From: Bacteroidia bacterium
GTDB lineage: Bacteria > Bacteroidota > Bacteroidia > UKL13-3
NCBI GenBank assembly: GCA_965279165.1
Contig: OZ257140.1
Span: forward strand, 102,244-166,243
DNA: 64,000 nucleotides
Direction: 5' to 3'
Numbering within the stretch: position 1 is the first letter of the stretch; each line of letters begins with the position of its first letter. Under the pieces are notes generated by a model. It had not been told where the DNA came from, searched no databases, and worked only from the letters and a program-made list of their open reading frames with translations. The translations under genes were made by a program, and so were the position numbers. Shown here piece by piece: positions 37,478 through 49,088 of this stretch.

Positions 37478-37596
37478 GAATGACGTAAATCACAATTATA
37501 GGTTAAAAAAACTGCAAGTATTAGTGATGACTATCATAAAAAACACATACAAATTAATATAAACAATTTCTTCTCTTTGCTGTTGTTAAATCAGTG

Positions 37597-37625
37597 TTGA
37601 AATGTAAATTATTTATTTATGTTTG
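37597..37625 (+). promoter_or_regulatory. Putative Bacteroidota sigma-A promoter for the nuo operon (-33 TTG ... -7 TATGTTTG)
   Basis: TATGTTTG at 37618-37625 fits TAnnTTTG, with TTG 18 bp upstream. This supports the 37648 start for nuoA. Confidence 0.25.
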
Positions 37626-37647
37626 CACGTCTTTTCAAAAGCAACCT

Positions 37648-38010
37648 ATGGTAGAATCATATAATTATGCTGCGCTAGTTATTCAGTTGTTTGTTGCCCT
37701 TGGGTTTGTCGTATTTGCAATGGTGGTTTCTCACCTAGCCGGACCCAAAAGAAACACAAGTGATAAACTCATTAGTTTTGAATGTGGAATTGAAAGTCAC
37801 GGCAATGCAAGATTGCCATTTTCTATTAAGTATTTTCTCACTGCGATTTTATTTGTGATGTTTGATGTGGAGGTAATTTTTATGTATCCATGGGCAGTTA
37901 ATTTTACAGCCTTAGGAAGTACCGGATTTATAGAAATGGTATTGTTTATTGTTACATTGTTAATTGGATTTGTTTATATCGTAAAAAAAGGTGCACTTAA
38001 ATGGGACTAA
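37648..38010 (+). CDS. nuoA: NADH-quinone oxidoreductase subunit A
   Basis: 3-TM small subunit. First gene of the nuoA-N cluster. Start taken at the internal Met. Confidence 0.8.
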   Translation: MVESYNYAALVIQLFVALGFVVFAMVVSHLAGPKRNTSDKLISFECGIESHGNARLPFSIKYFLTAILFVMFDVEVIFMYPWAVNFTALGSTGFIEMVLFIVTLLIGFVYIVKKGALKWD

Positions 38011-38017
38011 TCAAATA

Positions 38018-38590
38018 ATGGAAAAAGAATTACAAAAATCCTTAACCAATTCCGACATTAAGATTGTTGAAGCACCTGCAGGTATAGAAGGTCCGGGGTT
38101 TATGGCAACATCTTTTGACAAAGTAGTTGGAATGGCACGCGCCAATTCTTTATGGCCATTGCCTTTTGCAACTTCTTGTTGTGGAATCGAATTTATGGCA
38201 ACCATGGGATCAAATTACGACCTTGCCCGATTTGGCTCAGAAAGGATGAGTTTTTCTCCAAGGCAAGCAGATATATTATTGGTTGCAGGAACCATTGCTA
38301 AAAAAATGGGGCCGGTTTTAAAACAGGTATATCTTCAAATGGCCGAACCAAGATGGGTTCTTGCAATAGGAGCTTGTGCCTCAAGCGGTGGCATTTTTGA
38401 TACCTATTCGGTATTACAAGGAATAGACAAAGTAATTCCGGTAGATGTTTATGTACCAGGTTGTCCTCCTCGTCCGGAACAAATTATAGATGGATTGATG
38501 AAGGTACAGGAACTGGTTAGAAATGAACCGGTAAGAAGAAGAAACTCGGCTGAATACAAAGCACTTTTATCTCAATACGGCATACAATAA
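38018..38590 (+). CDS. nuoB: NADH-quinone oxidoreductase subunit B
   Basis: Cys ligand motifs CCGIEFMA, GACASSGG and PGCPP for cluster N2. Confidence 0.9.
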   Translation: MEKELQKSLTNSDIKIVEAPAGIEGPGFMATSFDKVVGMARANSLWPLPFATSCCGIEFMATMGSNYDLARFGSERMSFSPRQADILLVAGTIAKKMGPVLKQVYLQMAEPRWVLAIGACASSGGIFDTYSVLQGIDKVIPVDVYVPGCPPRPEQIIDGLMKVQELVRNEPVRRRNSAEYKALLSQYGIQ

Positions 38591-39096
38591 TGGCAGAACT
38601 ATCAAATACATTTGTACGTGAGCAATTGCAGGAGCAGTTTGGTAATGGTATTCTGCTTGCCGATGAATCGTTTGGCATGTTGGGAATTACCATTCATCCA
38701 TCTATTTTATTAGAATTAGTAAGTTGGTTAGGAAACCATGAAGATATTCAGGTTAAGTTTTTAACCGATATCTGCGGAAGCCATTATCCGGATAATACAG
38801 GTGCTGAATTGTGTGCCGTATATCACATGCAAAGCATGGTAAAAAATTTCCGTATCCGCATTAAGTGTTTTCTTCCCATTCAAGAGCCAAATATTTCATC
38901 TTTAACCTCTTTGTATGCAAGTGCAAATTGGATGGAAAGAGAAACCTATGATTTTTATGGTATTGTGTTCACGGGTCATCCAAATCTTAAACGCATATTA
39001 AATGTAGAAGAAATGGATTACTTCCCTTTACGTAAAGAATATCCTTTGGAAGACGGTACAAGAACAGATAAAACAGACGAATATTTTGGAAGATAA
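38590..39096 (+). CDS. nuoC: NADH-quinone oxidoreductase subunit C (separate from D)
   Basis: 168-aa 30-kDa-subunit family protein between nuoB and nuoD. Confidence 0.85.
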   Translation: MAELSNTFVREQLQEQFGNGILLADESFGMLGITIHPSILLELVSWLGNHEDIQVKFLTDICGSHYPDNTGAELCAVYHMQSMVKNFRIRIKCFLPIQEPNISSLTSLYASANWMERETYDFYGIVFTGHPNLKRILNVEEMDYFPLRKEYPLEDGTRTDKTDEYFGR

Positions 39097-40309
39097 TAAA
39101 ACCATAACGGAAGAAATAATCAATGCCCATGAGGATGACATGGTAAGCGAATATACTACGCTAAACCTGGGTCCTACCCATCCGGCAACACATGGTATAT
39201 TCCAGAATGTGTTAACCATGGATGGCGAAATCGTGGTGCATTCGGAACAAACTATTGGATATATTCACCGGGCTTTCGAAAAAATAGCAGAACGCCGTCC
39301 TTATAACCAAATTACGCCATTAACCGACCGTTTAAATTATTGCTCCTCTCCTATTAACAACATGGGATGGCATATGACGGTTGAGAAATTATTGGAAGTT
39401 GAAATTCCAAAACGCGCTCAATACATGCGTGTAATTATCATGGAATTGGCAAGAGTTGCGGATCATTTGGTATGTAACGCAGTAATTGGAGTGGATACCG
39501 GAGCATTAACCGGATTTACTTATATGTTTCAATGGAGGGAAAAGATTTACGATATTTTTGAACAGATTTGTGGAGCACGTCTAACTACCAATATTGGCAG
39601 AATAGGCGGACTAGAACGCGATTTCAACGATGAAGTATTTAAAAAGATCAGGGCATTTTTAAAAGAATTCCCACCTGCATTTCAAGAGTTTGCTAACTTA
39701 TTGGAACGTAACCGTATATTTTATGATAGGGTTGTAAATACCGGAGCCATCAGTGGAGAACGCGCTTTAAATTATGGATTTACCGGTCCCAATCTGCGTG
39801 CTGCAGGCGTGGATTATGATGTCAGGGTTATGAATCCATATTCATCTTACCAGGATTTTGATTTTGAAATTCCTATTGGAACCAATGGAGATACCTATGA
39901 TAGGTTTATGGTGAGACAACAGGAAATCAGAGAAAGTTTGAAAATTATAACCCAAGCTTTGGAGAATCTTCCGCAAGGAAAATTCTTTGCCGACGTACCA
40001 GAATTTTATTTGCCTCCAAAACAAGATGTTTACAACCATATGGAAGCATTGATTTGGCATTTTAAAATTGTGATGGGTGAAACAGATGTGCCAAAGGGCG
40101 AGTTATACCATGCAGTAGAAGGAGGCAATGGCGAATTGGGATTTTATTTGGTAAGTGATGGAGGAAGGGCTCCCTATAAATTACATTTTCGCCGTCCAAG
40201 TTTTATTTTCTATCAGGCATATCCTGAAATGATAAAAGGAGGAATGTTGAGTGATGCCATATTAACCATGAGCAGCTTGAATGTAATTGCAGGAGAATTA
40301 GATGCATAA
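39086..40309 (+). CDS. nuoD: NADH-quinone oxidoreductase subunit D
   Basis: 407-aa 49-kDa-subunit family protein ([10 protein letters not shown]). Confidence 0.9.
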   Translation: MEDNKTITEEIINAHEDDMVSEYTTLNLGPTHPATHGIFQNVLTMDGEIVVHSEQTIGYIHRAFEKIAERRPYNQITPLTDRLNYCSSPINNMGWHMTVEKLLEVEIPKRAQYMRVIIMELARVADHLVCNAVIGVDTGALTGFTYMFQWREKIYDIFEQICGARLTTNIGRIGGLERDFNDEVFKKIRAFLKEFPPAFQEFANLLERNRIFYDRVVNTGAISGERALNYGFTGPNLRAAGVDYDVRVMNPYSSYQDFDFEIPIGTNGDTYDRFMVRQQEIRESLKIITQALENLPQGKFFADVPEFYLPPKQDVYNHMEALIWHFKIVMGETDVPKGELYHAVEGGNGELGFYLVSDGGRAPYKLHFRRPSFIFYQAYPEMIKGGMLSDAILTMSSLNVIAGELDA

Positions 40310-40318
40310 AACAAAAAA

Positions 40319-40906
40319 TTGAATAACATTTATACGAAAAATCCGGAAATAATGAATGAATTAAACACACAGGACGCAGTTATTTTCAGTACTGAATCCG
40401 ATGAACTCATACATAATCTGATTCGGAGGTATCCGGAAGGAAAACAGAAATCGGCTTTATTGCCCATTTTACATATTGCCCAAGCCGAATTTAATGGTTG
40501 GTTGAGTGTGCCTGTAATGGATAAAGTAGCTTCCTACCTTGGTATTCAACCTGTGGAAGTATATGAAGTTGCGTCGTTTTACAGTATGTTTAATTTAAAA
40601 CCGGTTGGACATTGTTTAATTGAAGTGTGCCGAACCAGTTCTTGCTGGTTAAGAGGTGCCAATGATATTATTGCACATATCGAAAAACGAATTGGAATTA
40701 AAGATGGTGAGACTTCTGCTGATGGTAAATTTACTTTAAAAACAGTAGAATGTTTAGGTTCATGTGGTACTGCTCCTATGTTACAAATTGGAGAGAAATT
40801 TCATGAAAATTTAACCCTTGAAGGATTGGATAAGTTAATCGAGTTGCATAAAACCGATACTTCACACAGCAAATATTTGGATCAAGCTACTTTCCGTAAA
40901 AACTAA
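40319..40906 (+). CDS. nuoE: NADH-quinone oxidoreductase subunit E (2Fe-2S). Start may be the internal MNELN... Met.
   Basis: Thioredoxin-like 2Fe-2S Cys motif CRTSSC...CLGSCG. Confidence 0.85.
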   Translation: MNNIYTKNPEIMNELNTQDAVIFSTESDELIHNLIRRYPEGKQKSALLPILHIAQAEFNGWLSVPVMDKVASYLGIQPVEVYEVASFYSMFNLKPVGHCLIEVCRTSSCWLRGANDIIAHIEKRIGIKDGETSADGKFTLKTVECLGSCGTAPMLQIGEKFHENLTLEGLDKLIELHKTDTSHSKYLDQATFRKN

Positions 40907-40909
40907 ACC

Positions 40910-42271
40910 ATGGAAAGAAAATTATTATTAGAACATATAAACGTTCCGGGAATAGACACTTTTTCTGTGTATCGTTCAAAAGGCGGCTATCGTTCGGTAG
41001 AAAAAGCTCTTAAAACTATGACTCCGGAATTGGTAGTGGAAGAAGTAAAGAAATCGGGATTAAGAGGCCGAGGTGGTGCGGGTTTTCCAACCGGAATGAA
41101 ATGGGGATTTTTGGCAAAACCGGAAGGCGTTCCTCGTTATTTGGTTTGCAATGCCGACGAATCAGAACCCGGTACTTTTAAAGATCGTTATTTGATGGAG
41201 CATCTCCCCCATTTGTTAATTGAGGGAATGATAACTTCCAGTTTTGCTTTGGGTGCTAAAACATCTTATATTTATGTAAGGGGCGAATTTTTTTACCTGA
41301 TTCGTAAATTAGAAAAAGCAATTGATGAGGCATATAAAAACGGTTTTCTTGGAAAGAATATTTTAGGAAGCGGTTACGATCTCGATATATATGTGCATCC
41401 GGGTGCTGGAGCTTACATCTGTGGTGAAGAAACAGCTTTACTTGAATCGCTAGAAGGCAAACGAGGTAACCCACGTATTAAACCGCCATTCCCGGCAATT
41501 AAAGGCTTGTATGATTGTCCTACTGTTGTTAATAATGTTGAAACCATTGCTTCCGTTGTACCCATTATCAATGACGGTGGAGATACTTATGCCAAAATTG
41601 GTATCGGTCGATCAACCGGAACCAAACTTATTTCAGCTTCCGGACATATCAATAAACCTGGGGTATATGAAATTGAAATGGGTTTACCGGTGGAAGAGTT
41701 TATATACAGTGATCATTTTTGTGGTGGTATATTGAATGGTAAAAAATTGAAAGCCGTTGTGGCAGGTGGTTCATCTGTACCGGTTTTACCAGCCGAATTG
41801 ATCTTAAAAACCGCCAATGGAGAACCACGGTTAATGACCTATGAAAGTCTTGCTGATGGCGGATTTGCAACCGGAACCATGCTGGGTTCAGGAGGTTTTA
41901 TTGTGATGGATGAAAGTACCAACATCGTTAAAAATCTTTTTACATTCGCTCGTTTTTATCACCATGAAAGTTGCGGACAATGTAGTCCATGCCGCGAAGG
42001 AACTGCATGGATGGAAAAAATATTACATCGGTTAATTGATGGACATGGCACCATGGCCGACATTGATTTGTTATGGGATATCCAGAGCAAAATTGAAGGA
42101 AATACGATTTGTCCTTTAGGCGATGCAGCTGCATGGCCGGTAGCAAGTGCTATACGACATTTCCGAAGCGAGTTTGAAGAGTATGTGAAGGAACCACAAC
42201 ATATACGCGACGTTAAATATTATTTTCATTGTAACAACTTAGATCCCGCTGTAGCATACAGCAGTTTATAA
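40910..42271 (+). CDS. nuoF: NADH-quinone oxidoreductase subunit F (FMN/NADH-binding, 4Fe-4S)
   Basis: GRGGAGFPTGMKW FMN motif and C-terminal ESCGQCSPCREG 4Fe-4S motif. Confidence 0.9.
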   Translation: MERKLLLEHINVPGIDTFSVYRSKGGYRSVEKALKTMTPELVVEEVKKSGLRGRGGAGFPTGMKWGFLAKPEGVPRYLVCNADESEPGTFKDRYLMEHLPHLLIEGMITSSFALGAKTSYIYVRGEFFYLIRKLEKAIDEAYKNGFLGKNILGSGYDLDIYVHPGAGAYICGEETALLESLEGKRGNPRIKPPFPAIKGLYDCPTVVNNVETIASVVPIINDGGDTYAKIGIGRSTGTKLISASGHINKPGVYEIEMGLPVEEFIYSDHFCGGILNGKKLKAVVAGGSSVPVLPAELILKTANGEPRLMTYESLADGGFATGTMLGSGGFIVMDESTNIVKNLFTFARFYHHESCGQCSPCREGTAWMEKILHRLIDGHGTMADIDLLWDIQSKIEGNTICPLGDAAAWPVASAIRHFRSEFEEYVKEPQHIRDVKYYFHCNNLDPAVAYSSL

Positions 42272-42272
42272 A

Positions 42273-43241
42273 ATGGCTAAAGTAACCATCGACGGAATAG
42301 AAATTGAAGTACCGGAAGGTACCACCATTTTGCAAGCGGCCAGAATGATTGGTCCGGATGTAGCGCCTCCAACCATGTGCTATTATTCTAAATTAAAAAC
42401 CAGTGGCGGTTATTGTCGTACCTGCTTGGTAGAAGTAACCAAGGGTTCAGAAAAAGACCCTCGTCCGATACCTAAGTTAGTTGCTTCTTGCCGCACAGCA
42501 GTTATGGATGGAATGGTGGTTGGAAATACTACCTCACCAAAAGTGCTGGAAGCTAGGGCAAGTGTAGTGGAATTTTTGTTGCTCAATCACCCATTGGATT
42601 GTCCGGTATGCGACCAAGCCGGCGAATGTCATTTACAGGATTTAAGTTACGAACATGGGAATTATAAAACACGTACAGAATTTGAACGGAGAACATTCGA
42701 GAAAATAGATATCGGTTCCAATATCCAATTACACATGACCCGTTGTATTCTTTGTTACCGCTGTGTTAAAACAGCCGAACAAATCACAGATGGTAGGGTT
42801 CATGGGGTATTTAATCGTGGAGATGCATCAGAGATTTCGACATACATTAAAGAAGCGGTCGACAATGATTTTTCCGGAAATATGATTGATGTGTGTCCGG
42901 TTGGTGCATTAACCGATAAAACATTTCGTTTTAAAAGCAGGGTTTGGTTTACCAAGCCTATGTATGCGCATCGGAATTGTGAAACATGTTCTGGAAAAGT
43001 AACCTTATGGTACAAAGGAGAAGAGGTATTAAGGGTTACAGGAAGAAAAGACCAATGGGGTGAAGTTGAAGAATTTATTTGTGATACTTGCCGGTTCCAC
43101 AAAAAGAAAACATCCGATTGGGAAGTTGAAGGAGTTGCTACCGTTAGTCGTAATTCAGTTATATCGGCAAATAAATACACCAACAAGTTGGTGAATCCTA
43201 AAGAATTTCATTTAAACGATATTAAAGCAATCACAGAATAA
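42273..43241 (+). CDS. nuoG: NADH-quinone oxidoreductase subunit G, short form (Fe-S N-terminal module only, 322 aa)
   Basis: 2Fe-2S region CRTCLVEV and CPVCDQAGECHLQD. Lacks the molybdopterin-like C-terminal extension. Confidence 0.8.
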   Translation: MAKVTIDGIEIEVPEGTTILQAARMIGPDVAPPTMCYYSKLKTSGGYCRTCLVEVTKGSEKDPRPIPKLVASCRTAVMDGMVVGNTTSPKVLEARASVVEFLLLNHPLDCPVCDQAGECHLQDLSYEHGNYKTRTEFERRTFEKIDIGSNIQLHMTRCILCYRCVKTAEQITDGRVHGVFNRGDASEISTYIKEAVDNDFSGNMIDVCPVGALTDKTFRFKSRVWFTKPMYAHRNCETCSGKVTLWYKGEEVLRVTGRKDQWGEVEEFICDTCRFHKKKTSDWEVEGVATVSRNSVISANKYTNKLVNPKEFHLNDIKAITE

Positions 43242-44266
43242 TGGATTGGATGTTACTTTTAGACAAAACGATTTTAATCCTGGTTATCTTTATGATAAGC
43301 CTCGGGATTGCAGCCTATTCAACTTATGGAGAACGTAAGGTGGCAGCATTTTTACAGGATCGGGTTGGTCCGGATCGTGCAGGACCATTCGGGTTATTAC
43401 AACCTTTAGCTGATGGGGTTAAAATGTTTTTAAAAGAAGAAATCATACCCAATTCGTCCAATAAATTTCTGTTTATACTCGGTCCTTGTATTTTTATGCT
43501 TACGGCATTAATGACAAGTGCTATCATACCTTGGGGTAAATCATTTCAATTTGGCGACCACGTTTTTAATTTACAAGTAGCTGATTTAAATGTAGGTATT
43601 TTATATCTGTTTGCTGTTGTATCGATTGGTGGTTATGGCATCATGATAGGTGGCTGGTCTTCTAATAATAAGTTTGCATTGTTGGGAGCATTACGAGCTT
43701 CTTCCCAAATGATAAGTTACGAACTTCCTATGGGAATGGCCATTGTGGCTTTATTGTTATTTAATAACTCATTAAGTTTACGCGATATTGTAGATGCGCA
43801 AACCGGCTTTCATTGGAATGTATTTTACCAACCATTGGGCTTTTTAATTTTTATTGTTTGTGCATTTGCTGAGTGTAATAGAGCACCATTTGATTTACCG
43901 GAAAGTGAATCAGAATTGGTAGGTGGATACCATACCGAATACAGTTCTATGAAACTAGGCCTTTATTTGTTTGCTGAATACATTAACATGTTTATTTCAT
44001 CGGCAATAATTTCATGTCTTTACTTTGGTGGTTATCATTTTCCCGGAATCGACAGCCTTGATTTACCGACGAATATTGCAGCCATTGTAAGTGTTATGGT
44101 ATTGTTCAGTAAGATTATATTTTTCATTTTCTTCTTTATGTGGGTAAGATGGACCTTACCAAGATTCCGTTACGACCAATTGATGCGATTGGGTTGGATG
44201 GTTTTAATTCCGTTATCGATACTCAATGTTTTAATAACCGGGGCTTGGTTAACTTTTTTCAAATAA
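43241..44266 (+). CDS. nuoH: NADH-quinone oxidoreductase subunit H
   Basis: 341-aa polytopic membrane protein (AAFLQDRVGPDRAGPFGLLQPLADG). Confidence 0.9.
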   Translation: MDWMLLLDKTILILVIFMISLGIAAYSTYGERKVAAFLQDRVGPDRAGPFGLLQPLADGVKMFLKEEIIPNSSNKFLFILGPCIFMLTALMTSAIIPWGKSFQFGDHVFNLQVADLNVGILYLFAVVSIGGYGIMIGGWSSNNKFALLGALRASSQMISYELPMGMAIVALLLFNNSLSLRDIVDAQTGFHWNVFYQPLGFLIFIVCAFAECNRAPFDLPESESELVGGYHTEYSSMKLGLYLFAEYINMFISSAIISCLYFGGYHFPGIDSLDLPTNIAAIVSVMVLFSKIIFFIFFFMWVRWTLPRFRYDQLMRLGWMVLIPLSILNVLITGAWLTFFK

Positions 44267-44284
44267 TACAATCATTAAGATAAT

Positions 44285-44860
44285 ATGCAGCCATTAACCA
44301 ATCGATCTAAAGTAGTAGTTAAACATGAGTTAAACTGGATAGAGAAATTATATCTACCGGCTATTGCACATGGTATGCTCATTACTTTTAAGCACTTGTT
44401 TAAAAAGCATGCAACCACAAAATATCCTGACGAAAAGCGTGAAATAGCACCGGTTTATCGTGGTATGCATGTATTAAAAAGAGATGCTCAAGGAAGAGAA
44501 AATTGTACTGCTTGTGGTTTATGTGCAGTTGCATGTCCGGCAGAAGCGATTACCATGGATGCTGCTGAAAGAAAAAAAGGCGAAGAACATTTGTACCGTG
44601 AAGAGAAATATGCCGCGAAATATGAAATCGATATGTTGCGTTGTATTTTCTGTGGTTTATGCGAAGAAGCTTGTCCAAAGGATGCAATTTACCTTACCGA
44701 TAGATTAGTAAAACCGGAATACAAGCGTTCAACATTTATTTATGGTAAAGATGTTTTGGTTGAAGGTATTAAACCGGAAGATCGTATTGATATTACCAAG
44801 CGTAAAAAGAATTATGAGATGAATCCTGAACCAATAGTTAATACTTTAAAATCTAACTAA
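44285..44860 (+). CDS. nuoI: NADH-quinone oxidoreductase subunit I (2x[4Fe-4S] ferredoxin)
   Basis: Two CxxCxxCxxxCP motifs (CTACGLCAVACP, CIFCGLCEEACP). Confidence 0.9.
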   Translation: MQPLTNRSKVVVKHELNWIEKLYLPAIAHGMLITFKHLFKKHATTKYPDEKREIAPVYRGMHVLKRDAQGRENCTACGLCAVACPAEAITMDAAERKKGEEHLYREEKYAAKYEIDMLRCIFCGLCEEACPKDAIYLTDRLVKPEYKRSTFIYGKDVLVEGIKPEDRIDITKRKKNYEMNPEPIVNTLKSN

Positions 44861-44861
44861 C

Positions 44862-45365
44862 ATGATGAATCAACTGCTTTTCATATTTCTTTCCTTTCTA
44901 ACGTTGGTAAGTGCACTTACGGTGGTTTTCACTAAAAATCCCATGTACAGCGTACTTTCATTAATTTTTTGTTTTTTCACCATTGCCGGACATTATATCT
45001 TACTGCATGCACAATTTCTCGCCATTGTACATCTGATTGTATATGCAGGTGCAATAATGGTATTATTTCTATTTGTGGTGATGTTGCTTAACCTGAATGC
45101 AGAAACAGAACCGCACAAACCAAATAAAATCAGAATTGCTGCAGTTATTTCATCCGGTATTTTATTGTTAACATTAATTGCAGCCATGAAAACCGGTACC
45201 ATAGGGGCATATCAATCAGCAACGAATACAACCATGGGTCAGGTACAAAATATTGGGCAGCGGTTATTTACTGATTTTCTGCTTCCTTTTGAGATTTCTT
45301 CCATTTTGTTCTTATCGGCAATGATTGGCGCAGTATTGTTAGCTAAAAAAAATAATCCAAAGTAA
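44862..45365 (+). CDS. nuoJ: NADH-quinone oxidoreductase subunit J
   Basis: 167-aa hydrophobic protein between nuoI and nuoK. Confidence 0.8.
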   Translation: MMNQLLFIFLSFLTLVSALTVVFTKNPMYSVLSLIFCFFTIAGHYILLHAQFLAIVHLIVYAGAIMVLFLFVVMLLNLNAETEPHKPNKIRIAAVISSGILLLTLIAAMKTGTIGAYQSATNTTMGQVQNIGQRLFTDFLLPFEISSILFLSAMIGAVLLAKKNNPK

Positions 45366-45366
45366 T

Positions 45367-45687
45367 ATGACAAACGATTTTATACCTATCCCGCATAATT
45401 GGTACCTATTGTTAAGCACCATATTGTTTTGTATTGGAATAATGGGTGTACTGTTTCGCAGGAATGCTATCATTATTCTAATGTGCATTGAATTAATGCT
45501 AAATGCAGTTAATTTATTACTGGTATCCTTCTCCGCATACGGTAACAATAGCGACGGTCAAGTTTTTGTTTTCTTTATCATGGTGGTTGCAGCGGCTGAA
45601 GTAGCTGTAGGTTTGGCTTTATTGATGAGCATTTACCGGAATATTGCAAGCACCGACATCGATGTTTTAAGTAAACTTAAAGGGTAA
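45367..45687 (+). CDS. nuoK: NADH-quinone oxidoreductase subunit K
   Basis: 106-aa 3-TM protein of the ND4L family, in the expected position. Confidence 0.85.
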   Translation: MTNDFIPIPHNWYLLLSTILFCIGIMGVLFRRNAIIILMCIELMLNAVNLLLVSFSAYGNNSDGQVFVFFIMVVAAAEVAVGLALLMSIYRNIASTDIDVLSKLKG

Positions 45688-45704
45688 CAAAAAAAGTAAA
45701 GAAA

Positions 45705-47633
45705 GTGGCAGATCAATTATTAATAGATGCAAATATGATTACTCCCGGGATATTAGTTCCGCTCCTCCCCTTAATTGGATTTTTAATAAATGGATTATTC
45801 GGTAAATCCTTATCCAAATCTATCAGCGGATGGATTGGTACACTTACTATTTTAGGATCCTTTATTTGCACCCTAATCATATTTCAGGGATTAGATGCCG
45901 GAAATTCGTTAAGCTTTGATTTGTTTAGTTGGCTCACTTTTGGAAAAATCCATATTGGATTCGGTTTCTTGATTGATTCGCTCACGGTTGTAATGATGTT
46001 GGTTGTTACCGGCATCGGATTCCTTATTCATCTGTACTCGATTGGTTATATGCACCACGATGAAGGATTTAACAGATTTTTCACCTACCTCAACCTGTTC
46101 ATCTTTTTTATGCTGTTGCTGGTGATGGGAAACAATTACCTGGTGATGTTTATCGGATGGGAAGGTGTTGGATTGTGTTCTTATTTACTCATTGGATTTT
46201 GGTTTAAAACAGATGCCTTTAATGATGCTGCAAAAAAAGCATTTATCATGAACCGTATAGGCGACCTTGGTTTCTTAATCGGCATGTTCTTCATGTTGTT
46301 TCACTTCGGGTCGCTTGATTTTGATATAGTTTCGGAGAAAGCGGCTTTACTCGGAGTAGATTCAACCTTGGTAATTGCCATAACCTTGTTGTTGTTTATT
46401 GGTGCTACCGGTAAATCTGCCCAGTTGCCGTTGTATACCTGGTTACCGGATGCGATGGCAGGACCAACACCTGTATCGGCGTTGATTCATGCTGCAACGA
46501 TGGTTACCGCCGGAATTTATATGATAGTTCGATCTAACTTATTGTTTGCACTTGCGCCAACTACTTTGGGTGTAATTCTGGTTATTGGCGTTGTAACTTC
46601 TGTATTTGCTGCTATCATAGGTTTAATGCAAAATGATATTAAAAAAGTACTGGCTTATTCTACTGTGTCGCAATTGGGGTTGATGTTTGCTGCGCTTGGC
46701 TTAGGAGCCTTTTCAAGTGGGATGTTTCATGTAGTTACACACGCATTTTTTAAAGCCTTGCTTTTCCTTGGTTCGGGAAGTGTAATACATGCCTTACATG
46801 GAGAACAAGATATCCGAAAAATGGGAGGATTAAAAAAACTGATACCGGTAACTTATTGGACATTTTTATTGGCAGCTCTGGCAATTTCAGGCATTCCATT
46901 TTTATCCGGTTTTTTCTCCAAAGATGAAATTCTGGCACATGCATTTGAACAAAACAAATTGGTTTGGTTTGTACTTTCCGGCAGTTCGCTTTTAACTGCG
47001 TTTTATATGTTTCGTTTGGTGTATTTAACCTTCCATAAAACTTACCGTGGAGATGAGGAAACAAAAAAGCATATCCACGAGTCCCCTTTAACCATGACAG
47101 TACCATTGGTTGTTTTGTGTATTCTTTCTGTATTTGGCGGATTACTTGGCTTACCTGCTGTATTAAGTCATACCCATTTATTTGGGCAATACCTGCAACC
47201 GGTAATGGCGAATGCGAAACCTTATTTACATGCTACCAGTCCTATAAGCCATGGTGTTGAAACCGGATTGATGGTATTTGCCGGATTGGCTGCTATTGCT
47301 GCCATATTATTTGCACGTCGTAAATATCTAACCAATGGAGAATTACCGGAACAAGAAGAATCCTTAACAGGATATAAGAAATGGGTTTCCTTTAAATTCT
47401 ATGTGGATGAATTTTACGATAAGATTATTGTAAAGCCTATACAGGTATTATCGGATATATTATTAATTGTGGTAGATAAACTAATCATTGATTTGGTTGT
47501 AGAAACTACTGTATGGTGCATCGGATTGTCGGGAAGGGTCTTGCGTTTGATTCAAACAGGCAATACAGGAGTTTATATTTTCGCTATGGTATTTGGTATG
47601 ATTGTATTATTTGTAATTAGAATATTTATTTAA
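45705..47633 (+). CDS. nuoL: NADH-quinone oxidoreductase subunit L
   Basis: 642-aa antiporter-like subunit of the ND5 family. Confidence 0.9.
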   Translation: MADQLLIDANMITPGILVPLLPLIGFLINGLFGKSLSKSISGWIGTLTILGSFICTLIIFQGLDAGNSLSFDLFSWLTFGKIHIGFGFLIDSLTVVMMLVVTGIGFLIHLYSIGYMHHDEGFNRFFTYLNLFIFFMLLLVMGNNYLVMFIGWEGVGLCSYLLIGFWFKTDAFNDAAKKAFIMNRIGDLGFLIGMFFMLFHFGSLDFDIVSEKAALLGVDSTLVIAITLLLFIGATGKSAQLPLYTWLPDAMAGPTPVSALIHAATMVTAGIYMIVRSNLLFALAPTTLGVILVIGVVTSVFAAIIGLMQNDIKKVLAYSTVSQLGLMFAALGLGAFSSGMFHVVTHAFFKALLFLGSGSVIHALHGEQDIRKMGGLKKLIPVTYWTFLLAALAISGIPFLSGFFSKDEILAHAFEQNKLVWFVLSGSSLLTAFYMFRLVYLTFHKTYRGDEETKKHIHESPLTMTVPLVVLCILSVFGGLLGLPAVLSHTHLFGQYLQPVMANAKPYLHATSPISHGVETGLMVFAGLAAIAAILFARRKYLTNGELPEQEESLTGYKKWVSFKFYVDEFYDKIIVKPIQVLSDILLIVVDKLIIDLVVETTVWCIGLSGRVLRLIQTGNTGVYIFAMVFGMIVLFVIRIFI

Positions 47634-49081
47634 TGAGTTTAATATTACTTTTATGTTTCCCATTGCTTGCATCCGCGTTTGTGATGCTTGTTGGAAATAA
47701 ACATGCTGCAAAAACAGCATTGGTAGCCGGTATTGCTGAACTTGGAATTACATTATATATCTATGGAATTTTTAAACAATCCGGAACAGAATCCCTATAC
47801 CTTTTTAAAGAATGGATAGCACAACCAAAGATTAGTTTTCATATTGCAATTGATGGATTGAGTTTATTGATGGTGTTGTTAACCAATTTTCTAACTCCTT
47901 TGATTATCCTGAGCGCATTTAACCGGAATATTGAAAACGCAAAAGGTTACTTCTCTTTAATACTCTTTATGCAGTTTGCCCTGGTTGGGGTATTTATTGC
48001 CATGGATGGCTTATTATACTATATTTTTTGGGAGTTGGCTCTTATTCCTATTTACTTTATTGCATTGCGTTGGGGCGGTCCAAATCGGGTGAAAGTAACC
48101 CTCAAATTTTTTATCTATACCCTTGCCGGAAGTTTATTTATGCTTTTTGGTTTTATCGCCCTGTATTGGTATAACCCGCTACATTCTTTTGATATCCGTG
48201 AATTATATGCCAATACCATTTGCAGTTGCAACCAGGGTTGGTTATTCTGGATGTTTTTTCTGGCATTCGCGATTAAAATTCCGATTGTACCATTTCATAC
48301 ATGGCAAGCCGAAACATATAAAGAGGCACCAACACAAGGAACTATGTTACTTGCAGGCATCATGCTCAAAATGGGTACCTATTCCTTGATACGATGGTTA
48401 TTACCGGTTTTGCCTTCCGGTGTAGCTGAATGGGGACCTTTGGCAATTACCATATCCGTTATCGGTATTGTGTATGCATCCATAATTGCCATCATGCAAA
48501 AGGACCTGAAAAAGTTGTTTGCCTTCTCTTCGGTTGCACATGTTGGACTCATCAGTGCCGGTATTTTTGCATTGAATTTGGAAGGATTGCAAGGAAGTAT
48601 TGTTCAAATGGTTTCACATGGCATTACCGTAGTTGGTTTGTTTTACTGTGCAGATATTATTTTTAACCGTACCCAAACCAATTTTATTGATCATCTTGGT
48701 GGAATTAGAAATCAGGCCACCCGTTTCAATACGCTATATATGGTTATTGTACTAGGCAGTGTTGCTTTGCCTTTAACCAGTGGTTTTATTGGTGAATTTC
48801 TATTGCTATTCGGCATATACCAATACAATACTTGGCTTTCTGTATTTGCAGGTTTAACCATAATTCTTGGAGCGGTATATATGTTGCGTATGTTTCAAAA
48901 AGTTATGTTGGGAGAACCATCAGACGCATCCAATAAATTTGCTCCCTTGTATTGGAACGAGCAATTGGTATTAGGTATAATTGTAGTTGCTATCTTAGCT
49001 ATCGGAGTATATCCAAAACCAATATTCGACATGGCGCAATCGTCGCTTGAAATCATATTAAGCAAAGCAATCATTAAATAA
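47633..49081 (+). CDS. nuoM: NADH-quinone oxidoreductase subunit M
   Basis: 482-aa antiporter-like subunit of the ND4 family. Confidence 0.9.
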   Translation: MSLILLLCFPLLASAFVMLVGNKHAAKTALVAGIAELGITLYIYGIFKQSGTESLYLFKEWIAQPKISFHIAIDGLSLLMVLLTNFLTPLIILSAFNRNIENAKGYFSLILFMQFALVGVFIAMDGLLYYIFWELALIPIYFIALRWGGPNRVKVTLKFFIYTLAGSLFMLFGFIALYWYNPLHSFDIRELYANTICSCNQGWLFWMFFLAFAIKIPIVPFHTWQAETYKEAPTQGTMLLAGIMLKMGTYSLIRWLLPVLPSGVAEWGPLAITISVIGIVYASIIAIMQKDLKKLFAFSSVAHVGLISAGIFALNLEGLQGSIVQMVSHGITVVGLFYCADIIFNRTQTNFIDHLGGIRNQATRFNTLYMVIVLGSVALPLTSGFIGEFLLLFGIYQYNTWLSVFAGLTIILGAVYMLRMFQKVMLGEPSDASNKFAPLYWNEQLVLGIIVVAILAIGVYPKPIFDMAQSSLEIILSKAIIK

Positions 49082-49088
49082 TCAACAG